This document shows positions 50,128 to 60,354 of a stretch of 64,000 nucleotides of DNA, in pieces. Source of the DNA: an uncultured bacterium (lineage in GTDB: Bacteria; Fidelibacterota; Marinisomatia; Marinisomatales; UBA1611); contig CALSPG010000008.1 in assembly GCA_943788175.1 (NCBI GenBank), forward strand, positions 1 to 64,000, written 5' to 3'. The stretch's first letter is position 1. Each line of letters begins with the position of its first letter. The notes below the pieces were generated by a model, which made no database searches, had not been told where the DNA came from, and worked only from the letters and a program-made list of their open reading frames with translations. Made by a program: the position numbers and the translations under genes.

Positions 50128-50498
50128 TATTCTTTTACCTGCTCATTTATACTCATCGTTACAAGGTCATCTAATTTTAAATACTCTAGTGATTTTTCAT
50201 GAGTAGCTTCTAAGACTACTTTAGGAGCACAGTTATTTTCGAATGCTTCTTTCCACCTTAATGCGCAGACACACCACTTATCTCCAGGCTTTAGACCAGG
50301 GAAGTTATACATGGGGTTTGGAGTAGATAAGTCATTGCCCATGTCGCGTGAAAATTTTAAAAATTTTCTATCCATTACAGATGCTACAACATGTCTTCCA
50401 TGGTCACTTTTATCTGTTCTGCAAAATCCATCACGGAAATAACCAGTAGCTGGTTTTGAACCACAACTCTTTAAATCAGTACCTAATACATTTCTCAT
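50127..50498 (-). CDS. DUF2237 family protein
   Basis: NVLG..L..C...TGYFRDGFC...GNDLSTP...PGDKWCVCA.RW. Confidence 0.93.
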   Translation of the reverse strand: MRNVLGTDLKSCGSKPATGYFRDGFCRTDKSDHGRHVVASVMDRKFLKFSRDMGNDLSTPNPMYNFPGLKPGDKWCVCALRWKEAFENNCAPKVVLEATHEKSLEYLKLDDLVTMSINEQVKE

Positions 50499-50601
50499 GT
50501 GTAAAATTAAATATATGAGTCATAATAAATCAAATTTCAAGTTTTGGTAAAATGGACTAATTACTTTTGATTGTTTTGGATTTTAGATTACAATTTTATA
50601 C

Positions 50602-52098
50602 ATGTTCACATCAATTTTATGGTTTAAAAAAGATCTTCGTATTATTGACCACAAGCCGCTCTGGGAAGCTTCAAAAAATGGACTTGTTCTACCATTATAC
50701 ATTTTCGAGCCTGAAATTCTAGATAGTGAAGATTATGATCCAAGGCACCATCAGTTTATTAATGACTCTTTAGAATTTTTAAAAATAGAACTTGAAAAAA
50801 TTGATGGGTATTTGCACGTTGAATATGGATCAGCTCTAGAAGTATTTCAGAAAATGAAGTCTCAAATATCAGGCCAGATTGGAGTTTTTTCTCACGAAGA
50901 AACTGGGAACTGGATTAGTTACCAAAGAGATATTCATTTAAAAAATTGGTGTAAAAAAAACACTATCAATTGGATAGAGTTTCCCCAACATGGTGTCCAG
51001 AGACCAATCAAAAATAGAGATGGTTGGTCTTACGAATGGAATAAGTCAATGAATGAGCCAATTATTCCTGCCCCAGTCAATATAAAATTTGAACCGTATC
51101 AAAATAATTTCAGCTTAATTAATGGAAAGATACTTAACAAAAAAGTAACCCATAAAAACATTCAAAAAGGTGGAAGGGTTAATGCAGAAAAACTTTTGGT
51201 TTCTTTTTTAAATGAACGAGGTCGTAATTATGCGAAAGAGATGTCTAGCCCCTTAACAGCAATGACAAGCTGTAGTCGGTTGAGTCCCCATATCTCATTT
51301 GGGACTATTAGCATAAAAGAAGTATATCAAACAGCAAAGAAAAAGCGGGCCTTACTTAAGGGCGTTAAGGGTATTGGTCCTTGGAGGTCTTCAATCTCTT
51401 CGTTTCTAGGGCGGTTGAGATGGCATTGTCATTTTATTCAAAAATTAGAAGACCAACCTAAAATTGAATGGGTAAATATGGCTCGAGCATATGATAATAT
51501 TCGAGAAAATGATTTCAATGAAAATTATTTTGAAGCTTGGAAAGTAGGCCTTACTGGTTACCCGCTTATAGATGCTTGCATGAGGTGTTTAAATGAGACA
51601 GGTTATATTAATTTTAGAATGAGAGCGATGCTTGTCTCTTTTGCTTCATACGATCTTTGGTTAGATTGGAGGAAAACCAGTAAATATATGGCAACACAAT
51701 TTTTAGATTATGAACCTGGAATTCATTACAGTCAATTTCAAATGCAATCTGGTGTAACTGGAATAAATTCAATAAGAATATACAATCCGATTAAGCAACA
51801 AAAAGATCATGACCCGGAAGGGGAATTTGTTAGAACATGGGTTCCTGAGTTAGAAAACATCCCTTTAGAATATATTTTCACACCTCATTTAATGAGTGAA
51901 GGATTCCAAGAAAAGTATTCATGTGTAATTGGATTGAATTATCCTGCTCCAATTATTGATCATAGCCTACAAGTTAAAAAAGCGAAAAATATTTTGTATA
52001 AAATAAAATCAACACCTGAGGCAAAAAGTGAAGCAAAAAAAGTTTACATTAAACATGGAAGTAGAAGAAAACCCAACCAAAAAAGGAACCAGGGATAA
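50602..52098 (+). CDS. Photolyase/cryptochrome family protein
   Basis: WFKKDLRIIDH, SRLSPH, TGYPLIDACMR, NFRMRAM, RIYNP. Confidence 0.93.
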   Translation: MFTSILWFKKDLRIIDHKPLWEASKNGLVLPLYIFEPEILDSEDYDPRHHQFINDSLEFLKIELEKIDGYLHVEYGSALEVFQKMKSQISGQIGVFSHEETGNWISYQRDIHLKNWCKKNTINWIEFPQHGVQRPIKNRDGWSYEWNKSMNEPIIPAPVNIKFEPYQNNFSLINGKILNKKVTHKNIQKGGRVNAEKLLVSFLNERGRNYAKEMSSPLTAMTSCSRLSPHISFGTISIKEVYQTAKKKRALLKGVKGIGPWRSSISSFLGRLRWHCHFIQKLEDQPKIEWVNMARAYDNIRENDFNENYFEAWKVGLTGYPLIDACMRCLNETGYINFRMRAMLVSFASYDLWLDWRKTSKYMATQFLDYEPGIHYSQFQMQSGVTGINSIRIYNPIKQQKDHDPEGEFVRTWVPELENIPLEYIFTPHLMSEGFQEKYSCVIGLNYPAPIIDHSLQVKKAKNILYKIKSTPEAKSEAKKVYIKHGSRRKPNQKRNQG

Positions 52099-52115
52099 TT
52101 CTGGTTATCAGTTTT

Positions 52116-53015
52116 TTAAAAATTGCTGAATTGGAAAAATAATTTACTAAAAGCTTTAACTGTCTGAGAAATAGGTTTTGAATATCCTCCGCCCATAAAA
52201 ATAACAATTGGGCATCCTTGTTTTTTACAAAAGTTAAGAACCATTTCGTTCCTTTTAATCATCCCATTATGACTAAGCTCTAAATGACCCAGGGTGTCAT
52301 GAACTAAACCATCTACTCCCGCTTGAAAAAAAATAATATCTGTGTCATTATCTTCTAATTTTTCTAAGCTTGAGCCAAGTATTCTTAAATAAGTTTTATC
52401 TTTCATTCCTTTCTTTAAGGGTACATCTAAGTCACTTATTTGTTTTTTTAATGGGAAATTAGTTTCACAATGCATTGAAAATGTAAATATTGATTTATCA
52501 GTTTTAACCATAGATGCAGTTCCGTCTCCCTGATGAACATCTAAATCAAGAATAAGTATGTTTTGATACCTTTTAAATTTTTCTTTGCAGTAATATGCAG
52601 AAATTACAAGATCATTAAAGACACAATATCCTGAACCATAATCATAATAAGCATGATGAGTACCTCCGGCTAAATTCGCAGATGCACCATTTTCTAAAGA
52701 GCTCATGACAGCGTTAACACTGCCACCCATTATAAAAAGTGTTCTTTCTATGATTTTTGAAGTCCAGGGCCTTAGGCCAATCTTTCGCTGTTGACTTTCA
52801 GGCAAAGTGCCATCCAAAAATTGGTCTACATATTTTTTTTGATGGACTCTATAAAGATGTTTAAGATTGATTTTTTTTGGAGTTTTAAATACGATGTTTT
52901 TATCTTGATTCGATTTTAATATTGAGTCAAAGATGAGTTGATATCTATCTCTTGGAAAACTTGAAGATTTTGAGATTCCAGAGGTGTAAATTGGATGGTA
53001 AAATATTTCGAGCAA
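52116..53015 (-). CDS. Histone deacetylase family protein
   Basis: GGTHHA...GYCVFND, DLDVHQGDG, AGVD, GGGY. Confidence 0.93.
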   Translation of the reverse strand: MLEIFYHPIYTSGISKSSSFPRDRYQLIFDSILKSNQDKNIVFKTPKKINLKHLYRVHQKKYVDQFLDGTLPESQQRKIGLRPWTSKIIERTLFIMGGSVNAVMSSLENGASANLAGGTHHAYYDYGSGYCVFNDLVISAYYCKEKFKRYQNILILDLDVHQGDGTASMVKTDKSIFTFSMHCETNFPLKKQISDLDVPLKKGMKDKTYLRILGSSLEKLEDNDTDIIFFQAGVDGLVHDTLGHLELSHNGMIKRNEMVLNFCKKQGCPIVIFMGGGYSKPISQTVKAFSKLFFQFSNF

Positions 53016-53160
53016 GTATATAGTTATTATTTTATGAGAAAAAATATCTAATTATGATTAATAAAATCAAATTATACTTTAATAAATGTACGTGATTAAA
53101 GTAGGTTAATTAATTATCGTTATTTATAAAAATTATTTTGTAATTAAAATGGATAAATAA

Positions 53161-53685
53161 ATGTATTGTGTTAAATGTGGCAATAAAACCGAAAAGAGCG
53201 TTCCTACTGGCGATAATATTAATAGAGAAATTTGTACCGATTGCGATTACATAAACTATGTAAATCCTAAAATCATCGTTGGTGCTTTACCTATCTTTTC
53301 CGGTTCGGTTCTTTTATGTAAAAGAGATATTGAACCTGGTTTCGGTAAATGGACATTGCCATCCGGATTTATGGAAATGGATGAGTCGCTTGAGGAAGGT
53401 GCAAAAAGAGAGGCCCATGAGGAGGCAAACCTAGAATTAAATATTAAGTACCTGCATACAACATATAGTTTGCCAAAGATTGGACAGGTATATATGCTGT
53501 TTTTAAGTGAAATATTAAATGATGATTATGCTGCAATGCATGAAACTTCAGAGGTGAAATTATTTTCATTAAATGAAATTCCATGGAATAAGATTGCATT
53601 TTCTGCAGTTACATTCGCATTGAAAAACTACATAGAAGATTCTGAGAATGGTTTCCCTGGGAAATGTCATTCTAACTACAATTAA
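53161..53685 (+). CDS. NUDIX hydrolase with N-terminal zinc ribbon
   Basis: CVKCG...CTDC..Y.NP; G.ME..ESLEEGA.RE..EE. Confidence 0.92.
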   Translation: MYCVKCGNKTEKSVPTGDNINREICTDCDYINYVNPKIIVGALPIFSGSVLLCKRDIEPGFGKWTLPSGFMEMDESLEEGAKREAHEEANLELNIKYLHTTYSLPKIGQVYMLFLSEILNDDYAAMHETSEVKLFSLNEIPWNKIAFSAVTFALKNYIEDSENGFPGKCHSNYN

Positions 53686-53687
53686 AT

Positions 53688-54248
53688 ATGAATAATGCCA
53701 TGCAAAAAAAAATCATATTAGGCATTTTATCATTAGTTTTATCTATGATAGCAGAAGTCCTGAAAGCAGAGATTGTTCATGATTTTTCAAAGAGTAATTT
53801 AGAAGGCTGGTATGTAATTGATGATGGAGTAATGGGTGGTAGGTCTAGAGGACAATTAGAAATTGAAAATGATGATATTGGACTGTTTTCAGGAAGAATT
53901 TCTTTACAAAACTATGGTGGTTTTAGTTCAATAAGATATTATACCGATAATATCAAAGTAAAAAAATATAAGTATATTGCGATGATTATTAATGGTGATA
54001 ATAAATACTATCAATTAAGGATTAAAGGATCAAGAAATGATCGTTATGTTTACACTTCAAAATTTTTTGCAAAAAATGGCTGGCAACAGATTAGAATACC
54101 CCTTGCTGACATGGAGCCTTACTTTAGAGGAAGAAAATTAAATAAGAAAAATTTTGACAAGAAATATATCACTGAACTTGGATTTTTGATTGGGAATAAA
54201 GTTCCAGAAAATTTTGAGCTTCGCATAAGGTCAATATTGCTTGAATAG
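53688..54248 (+). CDS. CIA30 family protein
   Basis: W..IDDGVMGGRS, NYGGFSSIR. Confidence 0.92.
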   Translation: MNNAMQKKIILGILSLVLSMIAEVLKAEIVHDFSKSNLEGWYVIDDGVMGGRSRGQLEIENDDIGLFSGRISLQNYGGFSSIRYYTDNIKVKKYKYIAMIINGDNKYYQLRIKGSRNDRYVYTSKFFAKNGWQQIRIPLADMEPYFRGRKLNKKNFDKKYITELGFLIGNKVPENFELRIRSILLE

Positions 54249-54359
54249 TCAGATTGGTTATTTATAGAGGTTTCTTTATTAATGCTTTAATCTTTGATGT
54301 ATCATTGATATTTTTAACTAAGTTTTTTATTAAAGAAATACATAGTGTTTGGAGTAAAT

Positions 54360-54713
54360 ATGATTTTTAATATAGATATAATAATAGAAGCATTAAAAAT
54401 AATTGCAGCGGTATCTGTTTTTTATGTTTGGGTAGTAAGATACGATAATATAAAAAAAGAATTTAAAGATTATAAACTGCCAAGTGCTTTTAGAGATTTC
54501 ATAGGTATTATAAAAATTTCTTTTACTGTAATGTTGCAGTTTGATGATAATAATTTGGTTGTCATTGGATCTCTGGGGATAATTGTATTGATGCTAGGTG
54601 CCGTAGCAACTCATATAAAAGTAAAAAATCCTATCAAAGATGTAGTCCCTGCACTTACGATGCTCTCAATAGGGCTAATTATATTTTTACATGTTTACGC
54701 ACAATCTATTTAA
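54360..54713 (+). CDS. DoxX-like membrane protein
   Basis: EFKDYKLP...IGIIK...MLGAV.THIKVKNP. Confidence 0.8.
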   Translation: MIFNIDIIIEALKIIAAVSVFYVWVVRYDNIKKEFKDYKLPSAFRDFIGIIKISFTVMLQFDDNNLVVIGSLGIIVLMLGAVATHIKVKNPIKDVVPALTMLSIGLIIFLHVYAQSI

Positions 54714-54767
54714 AAGTAAAAATTTATAGTTGAACAGGTTTTTAAATTGACACTTTTTTAAACCTCC

Positions 54768-55088
54768 ATGGCAACATATTACGTTTATGTAATAGAACTA
54801 GAACCTGAGGTAGCAAATCTTAGAAAGTTTAGAGCTAAGAATCCGAATTATATAAAAGGGAACGGATGTTTTTATGTTGGTCAATCGACAAGGCCTCCAG
54901 AATTAAGGTTTGAGCAACACAAAGAGGGCTATAAATCCAATAAATATGCTAAGTATTATGGTAAAAAATTAAGGCCGGACATTTACAAAAAATATAATCC
55001 CATACCTTCTCGGGATGATTCATTAGGCATTGAAGCTTATTTAGGCAATAAATTAAGGGGTAAGGGTGCTGCTGTTTGGTTTAATTAA
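54768..55088 (+). CDS. GIY-YIG-like nuclease domain protein
   Basis: YYVYVIEL...FYVGQS...RFEQH. Confidence 0.78.
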   Translation: MATYYVYVIELEPEVANLRKFRAKNPNYIKGNGCFYVGQSTRPPELRFEQHKEGYKSNKYAKYYGKKLRPDIYKKYNPIPSRDDSLGIEAYLGNKLRGKGAAVWFN

Positions 55089-56092
55089 CTATTTTTGTTA
55101 CCATTGAGCGAAAAGATAAAACCATTTGCCATGCACTAGTACTTTGGTCAAGGTCACCCTCATTTATATTAAATGACCCTTCAATAAAAATAGGTTTTTG
55201 CATACTAATACTTAATACTCCCTTACTTGTACTAAATAGATATCCTAAAGATGGAGTGATGATTAAAGCAGATGAGTTTGGACTAGGGATACCATGCCAA
55301 TATTCCTTGGATAGCGATTCTACTCCTAAACTTAAATCAAGTGATCCGTCTAGCTTATCAAATCTTTTGTAAATAGTCGAAAACACTGCTTTCAAAGATG
55401 TTCTGGGCATATAAAAATATTCATTTTCACGGATAGGTTTTTCAATAGAAAAATTTCCACCAAAAAATACAGGATTGGCGGAACGTTTATAATAAAATTG
55501 AATATCAGATATCAGGTTATAAGTACCATTGCTCATACTAAAATGTCTATGCGGGATAAATGCATCATCACTTTTTAAAAACGGGTTTTTTGTGAGATTG
55601 TTTTTTGATGGTAGCGTAATTCCGCTACCAAAAATAATTCTGTACCCATCGCCTGCCCCAATATTTTTGAGTAAATACCTAAGTAGAATTCTAGAATCTC
55701 CTAAAATACCTCCTTTAGCATTGTCAAAATCACTAGCAGAGTGCTCATCACGATGATGAACTGACTCATTGTCTTTATTAAAATTCATTGTCCTTAAGCC
55801 TAATGTGGTACTTATAGACAAATTAACTTTATTACCTAAACCATAAATGAGCCCTGGTCTTATTATTGATGTTATTAAATTTCCTTTGTGCTCAAAATTT
55901 TCTCCCGGTAACAGGAGCATGCCACCAATCTATGTATTGAGTGCTCTGTGTAAGTGAGTAAAAAATCTCATCTTTATTTGCACCTAATCCTTTATCTGAG
56001 CTGCCACCTGGAAGCGAGGGGTTTCCTCAAAGAGCTCATTGGCCATATAATGCAGCGAATAAAAGGTAAAAAAGAATTAGAATGTTTTTCAT
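55081..56092 (-). CDS. Putative outer-membrane beta-barrel selenoprotein with N-terminal UxxU (one apparent frameshift near 55905)
   Basis: ATG 56092: signal peptide MKNILILFYLLFAALYG, then Q-TGA-A-L-TGA-GNPSLPGG...; joins ORF 55081-55920 by one extra G. Confidence 0.65.
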
Positions 56093-56593
56093 AAAATTTT
56101 AATTTTTCGTTTTAGACAGATTTTAAATAATAAGATAATTTTAATTTAATAACGTTAATCTATTTTATATAGTATAATTTAAATAATATGTCATTGACAA
56201 GGTCGTTAATTAAATATTAATTTATTTATATAGTAAATACTAAAAATTTAAAGTTTTAGTAAGTAATATTTAAAATTAGATTTGTTTTTATAAAATTATA
56301 AGATGTTAGTCTTGGTAGGATTACTCCTTCTACCATTCTCTGTTGCCCCTCTAGCCAATGAGTAGAATCTTCTACTGCCTTCTTGTGTTCTAAAATATGG
56401 AGGGGCAATTTTTTTTGTTAGCTTTTTTATTTAATAGTGGACACTCTATATTCACTCATTATGTTTTATATCATGATTATAAAAGAAATGATTTTTCACA
56501 AATCATCATTCCTCTAATTGATTTCTAAAAAACTGATTTGATTCATTATATAGACAGGTAGTTATTATTTTTACTATTTATAATTCTTTAGGT

Positions 56594-57307
56594 TTGACCT
56601 CCTTTGAGCTTTTACTAATAGCGTTGTGCGCGATTGGTGTTGGAATGGCAAAAACTGGATTAGGTGGATTCGGGATGGTTGTAGTGCCTATCCTTGCCAA
56701 TATATTTGGACCAAAATCTTCGACTGGTATTTTATTACTTTTGCTTATAATGGCAGATTTTTTTGGAGTCTGGTATTATCATAGGCATGCTGAATTAAAA
56801 AAAATTATACAACTAATGCCTAGTGCTCTAGTGGGTATTATAATTGGTGTTTATATTGGAGATAAAATCTCAGACATACATTTTCAGATATTGCTTGGTG
56901 CCATAATAATCTCGGGTGCTTTAATGATGCTCATAAAAATAGATGTCAAAAGAAATAAATCATTATCGATATTGGTAGGGTTCTTAGGCGGATTTATCAC
57001 AATGGTTGGAAATGCTGCTGGTCCAATTATGTCAATATATTTTTTATCGATTGGTTTTGAGAAAAATAAATTTATTGGCACTGCTGCTTGGTTTTTTCTG
57101 TTCGTAAATATTATAAAAGTTCCATTTCACATTATCTTTTGGGAAACAATAAATCTTGATACTTTTATGTTCGATATAATCTTGTTTCCTTTAATTTTAG
57201 TTGGTGCATTAATCGGAGTATGGATTGTTAAAAAAATCCCGGAAAAGCCCTACAAGGTATTTGTTATTACTTCCGTTCTTTTTTCTACAATATTGTTGTT
57301 TTTATAA
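56594..57307 (+). CDS. TauE/SafE sulfite exporter family protein
   Basis: GMAKTG..G, GNAAGP.MSIY, F..VN..KVP. Confidence 0.9.
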   Translation: MTSFELLLIALCAIGVGMAKTGLGGFGMVVVPILANIFGPKSSTGILLLLLIMADFFGVWYYHRHAELKKIIQLMPSALVGIIIGVYIGDKISDIHFQILLGAIIISGALMMLIKIDVKRNKSLSILVGFLGGFITMVGNAAGPIMSIYFLSIGFEKNKFIGTAAWFFLFVNIIKVPFHIIFWETINLDTFMFDIILFPLILVGALIGVWIVKKIPEKPYKVFVITSVLFSTILLFL

Positions 57308-57482
57308 TTACGTGTATAAAATTTTAATTTAAATGGATTTTATTTTTTAATATTAATAATGGATTTTATTTTTTACCTATGGTTACCAATAATAATATTA
57401 GCATTGGCTAGTTTATTAAAATTCTCAACAAAAATTAAAGGTAATAAAAAACCATGGATAAGAATAGAGGAGACAAAAGAAA

Positions 57483-58229
57483 ATGAGTAGACATTTATCA
57501 ATGAGGACTGCTAACCCGGCATTGCAATCAGAAACTTTTAAAAAATCAATGGCTGATTCAATTTCTAATGAAAGGGCAATGACAATAAATGGTGTTGTGA
57601 ACAAAACTGGATTGTCTCTTATGCTATTGATTTTTGGAGCTTCATTTACTTGGTCGAACCCAGAGTTGTCTGGTTTGGCAATAATAGGTTCTATCGTGGG
57701 TCTGATTTTAGCATTTGTTACTATTTTTAAACCGACAATTGCATATATAACGGTTCCAATTTATGCTATCATGCAGGGCTTATTTCTTGGTTTTATTTCT
57801 AGAGTTTTTGAAATGCAATATCCTGGAATAGCAGTTCAAGCAATTTTTCTTACTTTTGGTACGCTTGGTTCATTATTACTTGCCTATTCTTCGGGTTTAA
57901 TAAAAGCTACTGAAAATTTTAAATTAGGCGTCTTTGCTGCGACAGGGGCCATAGGTGTTTTGTATTTGATAAATTTTATTATGAGCTTTTTTGGTACCGG
58001 AATAGGTGTTATTCACAGTAATAGTACAATGGGAATTGTTTTTAGTCTTGGTGTCGTTGTTATAGCAGCATTAAACCTTGTTCTTGATTTTGATTTTATT
58101 GAAGAAGGTGCTGAAATGGGTGCACCTAAATATATGGAGTGGTATGCAACATTTGGATTATTAGTCACACTTATTTGGTTATATATTGAAATTTTGAGGC
58201 TTCTTTCTAAATTAAATAGTAGAAGATAG
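57483..58229 (+). CDS. Bax inhibitor-1/YccA family protein
   Basis: NLVLDFDFIE.G...APKYMEWY..FGLLVTLIWLYIEILRLL. Confidence 0.92.
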   Translation: MSRHLSMRTANPALQSETFKKSMADSISNERAMTINGVVNKTGLSLMLLIFGASFTWSNPELSGLAIIGSIVGLILAFVTIFKPTIAYITVPIYAIMQGLFLGFISRVFEMQYPGIAVQAIFLTFGTLGSLLLAYSSGLIKATENFKLGVFAATGAIGVLYLINFIMSFFGTGIGVIHSNSTMGIVFSLGVVVIAALNLVLDFDFIEEGAEMGAPKYMEWYATFGLLVTLIWLYIEILRLLSKLNSRR

Positions 58230-58276
58230 GAGTGCCTTTATAAATACATTTAAAAGGTGTGTATATTTAATATTTT

Positions 58277-58912
58277 TTGCCAACGCTTCTAATTGGTGAA
58301 ATAGATTATCTTTTAAACGTACAACCGATTTTTAATAATCATTGCGTTTCTTGCCATTCTGGGACCTTTGGGTCTGGAGTACTTGAGTTAGATTCATATG
58401 AAAGATTAATTGAAGGTGATAGTAATAATGGGCCAGTCGTGTTTCCATTTAATGCGGATAGCAGTTTGCTCTACAGGGTTTTACTACGTGACTCAGTTGT
58501 CGTTCCAAATGAACCTATATGTTGTCGAATGCCTAAGAATGCAGACCCCTTACCAATTAGTCAACAGACAACAATTTACAACTGGATTAATGAGGGTGCT
58601 CAAGGACCAAACTTATCGATAGGTTTAGAAAATCTTAGTGATAGAATAGTTGTAAGTACCTCTCCAAATCCATTTAATAATATGCTAAAAATATCATTTA
58701 GAAGTGAAAATATTTTTGTAGAAAATATAGCTATTTTAAACTTACTTGGAGAAAGAGTTAGGATAATAGAAGTTCATAATCAAACCGACGGCGTGATTTT
58801 TTGGGATGGCACTAATGACCTTGGCCAAGCTGTTACAGCTGGTATTTATTTTATTTATTTTTACCAGAATAGTAGGTTGGAATTAATACGGAAAGTATTA
58901 TTTCTCAAATAG
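58277..58912 (+). CDS. Planctomycete-type cytochrome c domain protein with CTD (start uncertain)
   Basis: VQPIF..HCVSCH...S.L...RMP...WI.EGA; PNPFN...KVLFLK. Confidence 0.85.
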   Translation: MPTLLIGEIDYLLNVQPIFNNHCVSCHSGTFGSGVLELDSYERLIEGDSNNGPVVFPFNADSSLLYRVLLRDSVVVPNEPICCRMPKNADPLPISQQTTIYNWINEGAQGPNLSIGLENLSDRIVVSTSPNPFNNMLKISFRSENIFVENIAILNLLGERVRIIEVHNQTDGVIFWDGTNDLGQAVTAGIYFIYFYQNSRLELIRKVLFLK

Positions 58913-58949
58913 ATCCATTCCATTAAATATAGTTGGATATTTAATTTGT

Positions 58950-58972
58950 TTAATGAGAATTATTCTCATTAA
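58950..58972. promoter_or_regulatory. Fur-box-like perfect palindrome
   Basis: TTAATGAGAAT-T-ATTCTCATTAA, 36 nt upstream of an OM beta-barrel gene. Confidence 0.75.
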
Positions 58973-59008
58973 TTTTCACGCTTGTATATAAATAAATAAG
59001 GAAAAATA

Positions 59009-59614
59009 ATGAAACACATACTAAAAATATTTCTTGCATTCGCAACGTTAGTTGTAGCGCAAGACTCTACAATGAATGTAGAAAAAGAACCCAGCCTTCC
59101 AGGATGGGGAGTCTATATAGGTGGAGCATTTGGGAATGCAACAGCTGTAGATGATTTGCCAGATGAGGTCAAACTAGAGTCTCGATTAGTATTGCCAAAT
59201 ATCGGAGTGACCAAGGGTTTAATGCTCGGGCCTGTGCCACTAATAGTTGGTTTTGGTTATCACCCTAGGGGTTATACATATAAATCTAATTTTGATTATG
59301 CAGTTGAAGCAGATTATCAAATAGATATGCTTGACTTCTGGGCTACGGTTCCTTACCCCGTTAGTGATAGAGCAATTCTTCAAGCTGGATTTCTGGTCGG
59401 AACCTGTTTAGGTGGTAAGGTAATAATTGATGGTGAAGACGATATAGATCTTGAAGAAATCGAAGGCGAACCTGATTTTGGTATTATGCTTGGTGGTGGT
59501 TTTGCAATTACCGAACAAGTTGGTGTTAATTGTGCTTATTACATCGGATTAGCAGAATTTGATGATCAAATGAAGTTTAATGGTCTGGTTTTTAATTTAG
59601 GATATAATTTCTAA
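59009..59614 (+). CDS. Outer-membrane beta-barrel protein
   Basis: Signal peptide (AQ); amphipathic strands; C-terminal LGYNF. Confidence 0.85.
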   Translation: MKHILKIFLAFATLVVAQDSTMNVEKEPSLPGWGVYIGGAFGNATAVDDLPDEVKLESRLVLPNIGVTKGLMLGPVPLIVGFGYHPRGYTYKSNFDYAVEADYQIDMLDFWATVPYPVSDRAILQAGFLVGTCLGGKVIIDGEDDIDLEEIEGEPDFGIMLGGGFAITEQVGVNCAYYIGLAEFDDQMKFNGLVFNLGYNF

Positions 59615-59632
59615 TTAAAAGTTATTTTCTTT

Positions 59633-59663
59633 AAAAAAGCCTCGGTAACGAGGCTTTTTTTTT
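59633..59663 (+). terminator. Intrinsic terminator
   Basis: AAAAAAGCCTCG-GTAA-CGAGGCTTTTTTTTT. Confidence 0.9.
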
Positions 59664-59691
59664 ATCATCAAATAAACATAGTATCTATGTC

Positions 59692-60063
59692 ATGAAACTT
59701 GATTTAAAATTTATAAGTGTAGTAATAATGAGTGTATTCTATGTTTCTGTAGGTATTTCACATTTCACAAACCCTTTTTTGTACTTACAAATTATCCCTC
59801 CGGTACTTCCTTATAAATTGGCGCTTGTATACATTAGTGGTTTTTTTGAAATATTATTTGGAACAATGTTAATATATAAAAAAACACGATTTCTAGCTGG
59901 ATGGGGCCTTATAATGCTCCTAGTCGCTGTTTATCCTGCTAATATATATTTAGCTCAAACAAATGGTGCTGCTATGGATATTTCTGCAACTATTGCCTGG
60001 GCTAGACTTCCAATTCAATTTATTTTTATTGGTATTGCATATTGGCATTCAAAAATAAATTAA
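59692..60063 (+). CDS. DoxX-like membrane protein
   Basis: G.SHF..P...LVYISG.FEI...VYPANIY...RLPIQ. Confidence 0.85.
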   Translation: MKLDLKFISVVIMSVFYVSVGISHFTNPFLYLQIIPPVLPYKLALVYISGFFEILFGTMLIYKKTRFLAGWGLIMLLVAVYPANIYLAQTNGAAMDISATIAWARLPIQFIFIGIAYWHSKIN

Positions 60064-60302
60064 TTTTGTTCTTTTAGTGGTACAGGATCATGTCCGTGAG
60101 TCCCCCACCAAGGATTACATCGAATGACTCTTTTTATAGCGAGCCATAATCCAAAAAAAACACCCCACTCATTAATTGCTCCTATCGCATAGTTTGAGCA
60201 AGTAGGCTGGTGAGCACAGTTTTGTCCTAAAAAAGGAGATAGGGTATATTGGTATATGCGGATAGGCATAATAAATAGTTTTGAAAATACTTTACTTAGC
60301 AT
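60060..60302 (-). CDS. yidD: Membrane protein insertion efficiency factor
   Basis: YQ..LSP..G..C...PTCS.Y...R..RCNPW..G.DPVP. Confidence 0.92.
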   Translation of the reverse strand: MLSKVFSKLFIMPIRIYQYTLSPFLGQNCAHQPTCSNYAIGAINEWGVFFGLWLAIKRVIRCNPWWGTHGHDPVPLKEQN

Positions 60303-60354
60303 TTGTTAAAAATCTCGTAATTTTGTAAAAAGATATAATAAAATACATTTGATT

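Noticed and set aside
48293-56038. Genome-wide TGA reassignment (code 4 or 25)
   Set aside because: TGA terminates ordinary genes (9222, 15935, 30899) and Trp is encoded by TGG; the in-frame TGAs fall at Cys-like redox positions.
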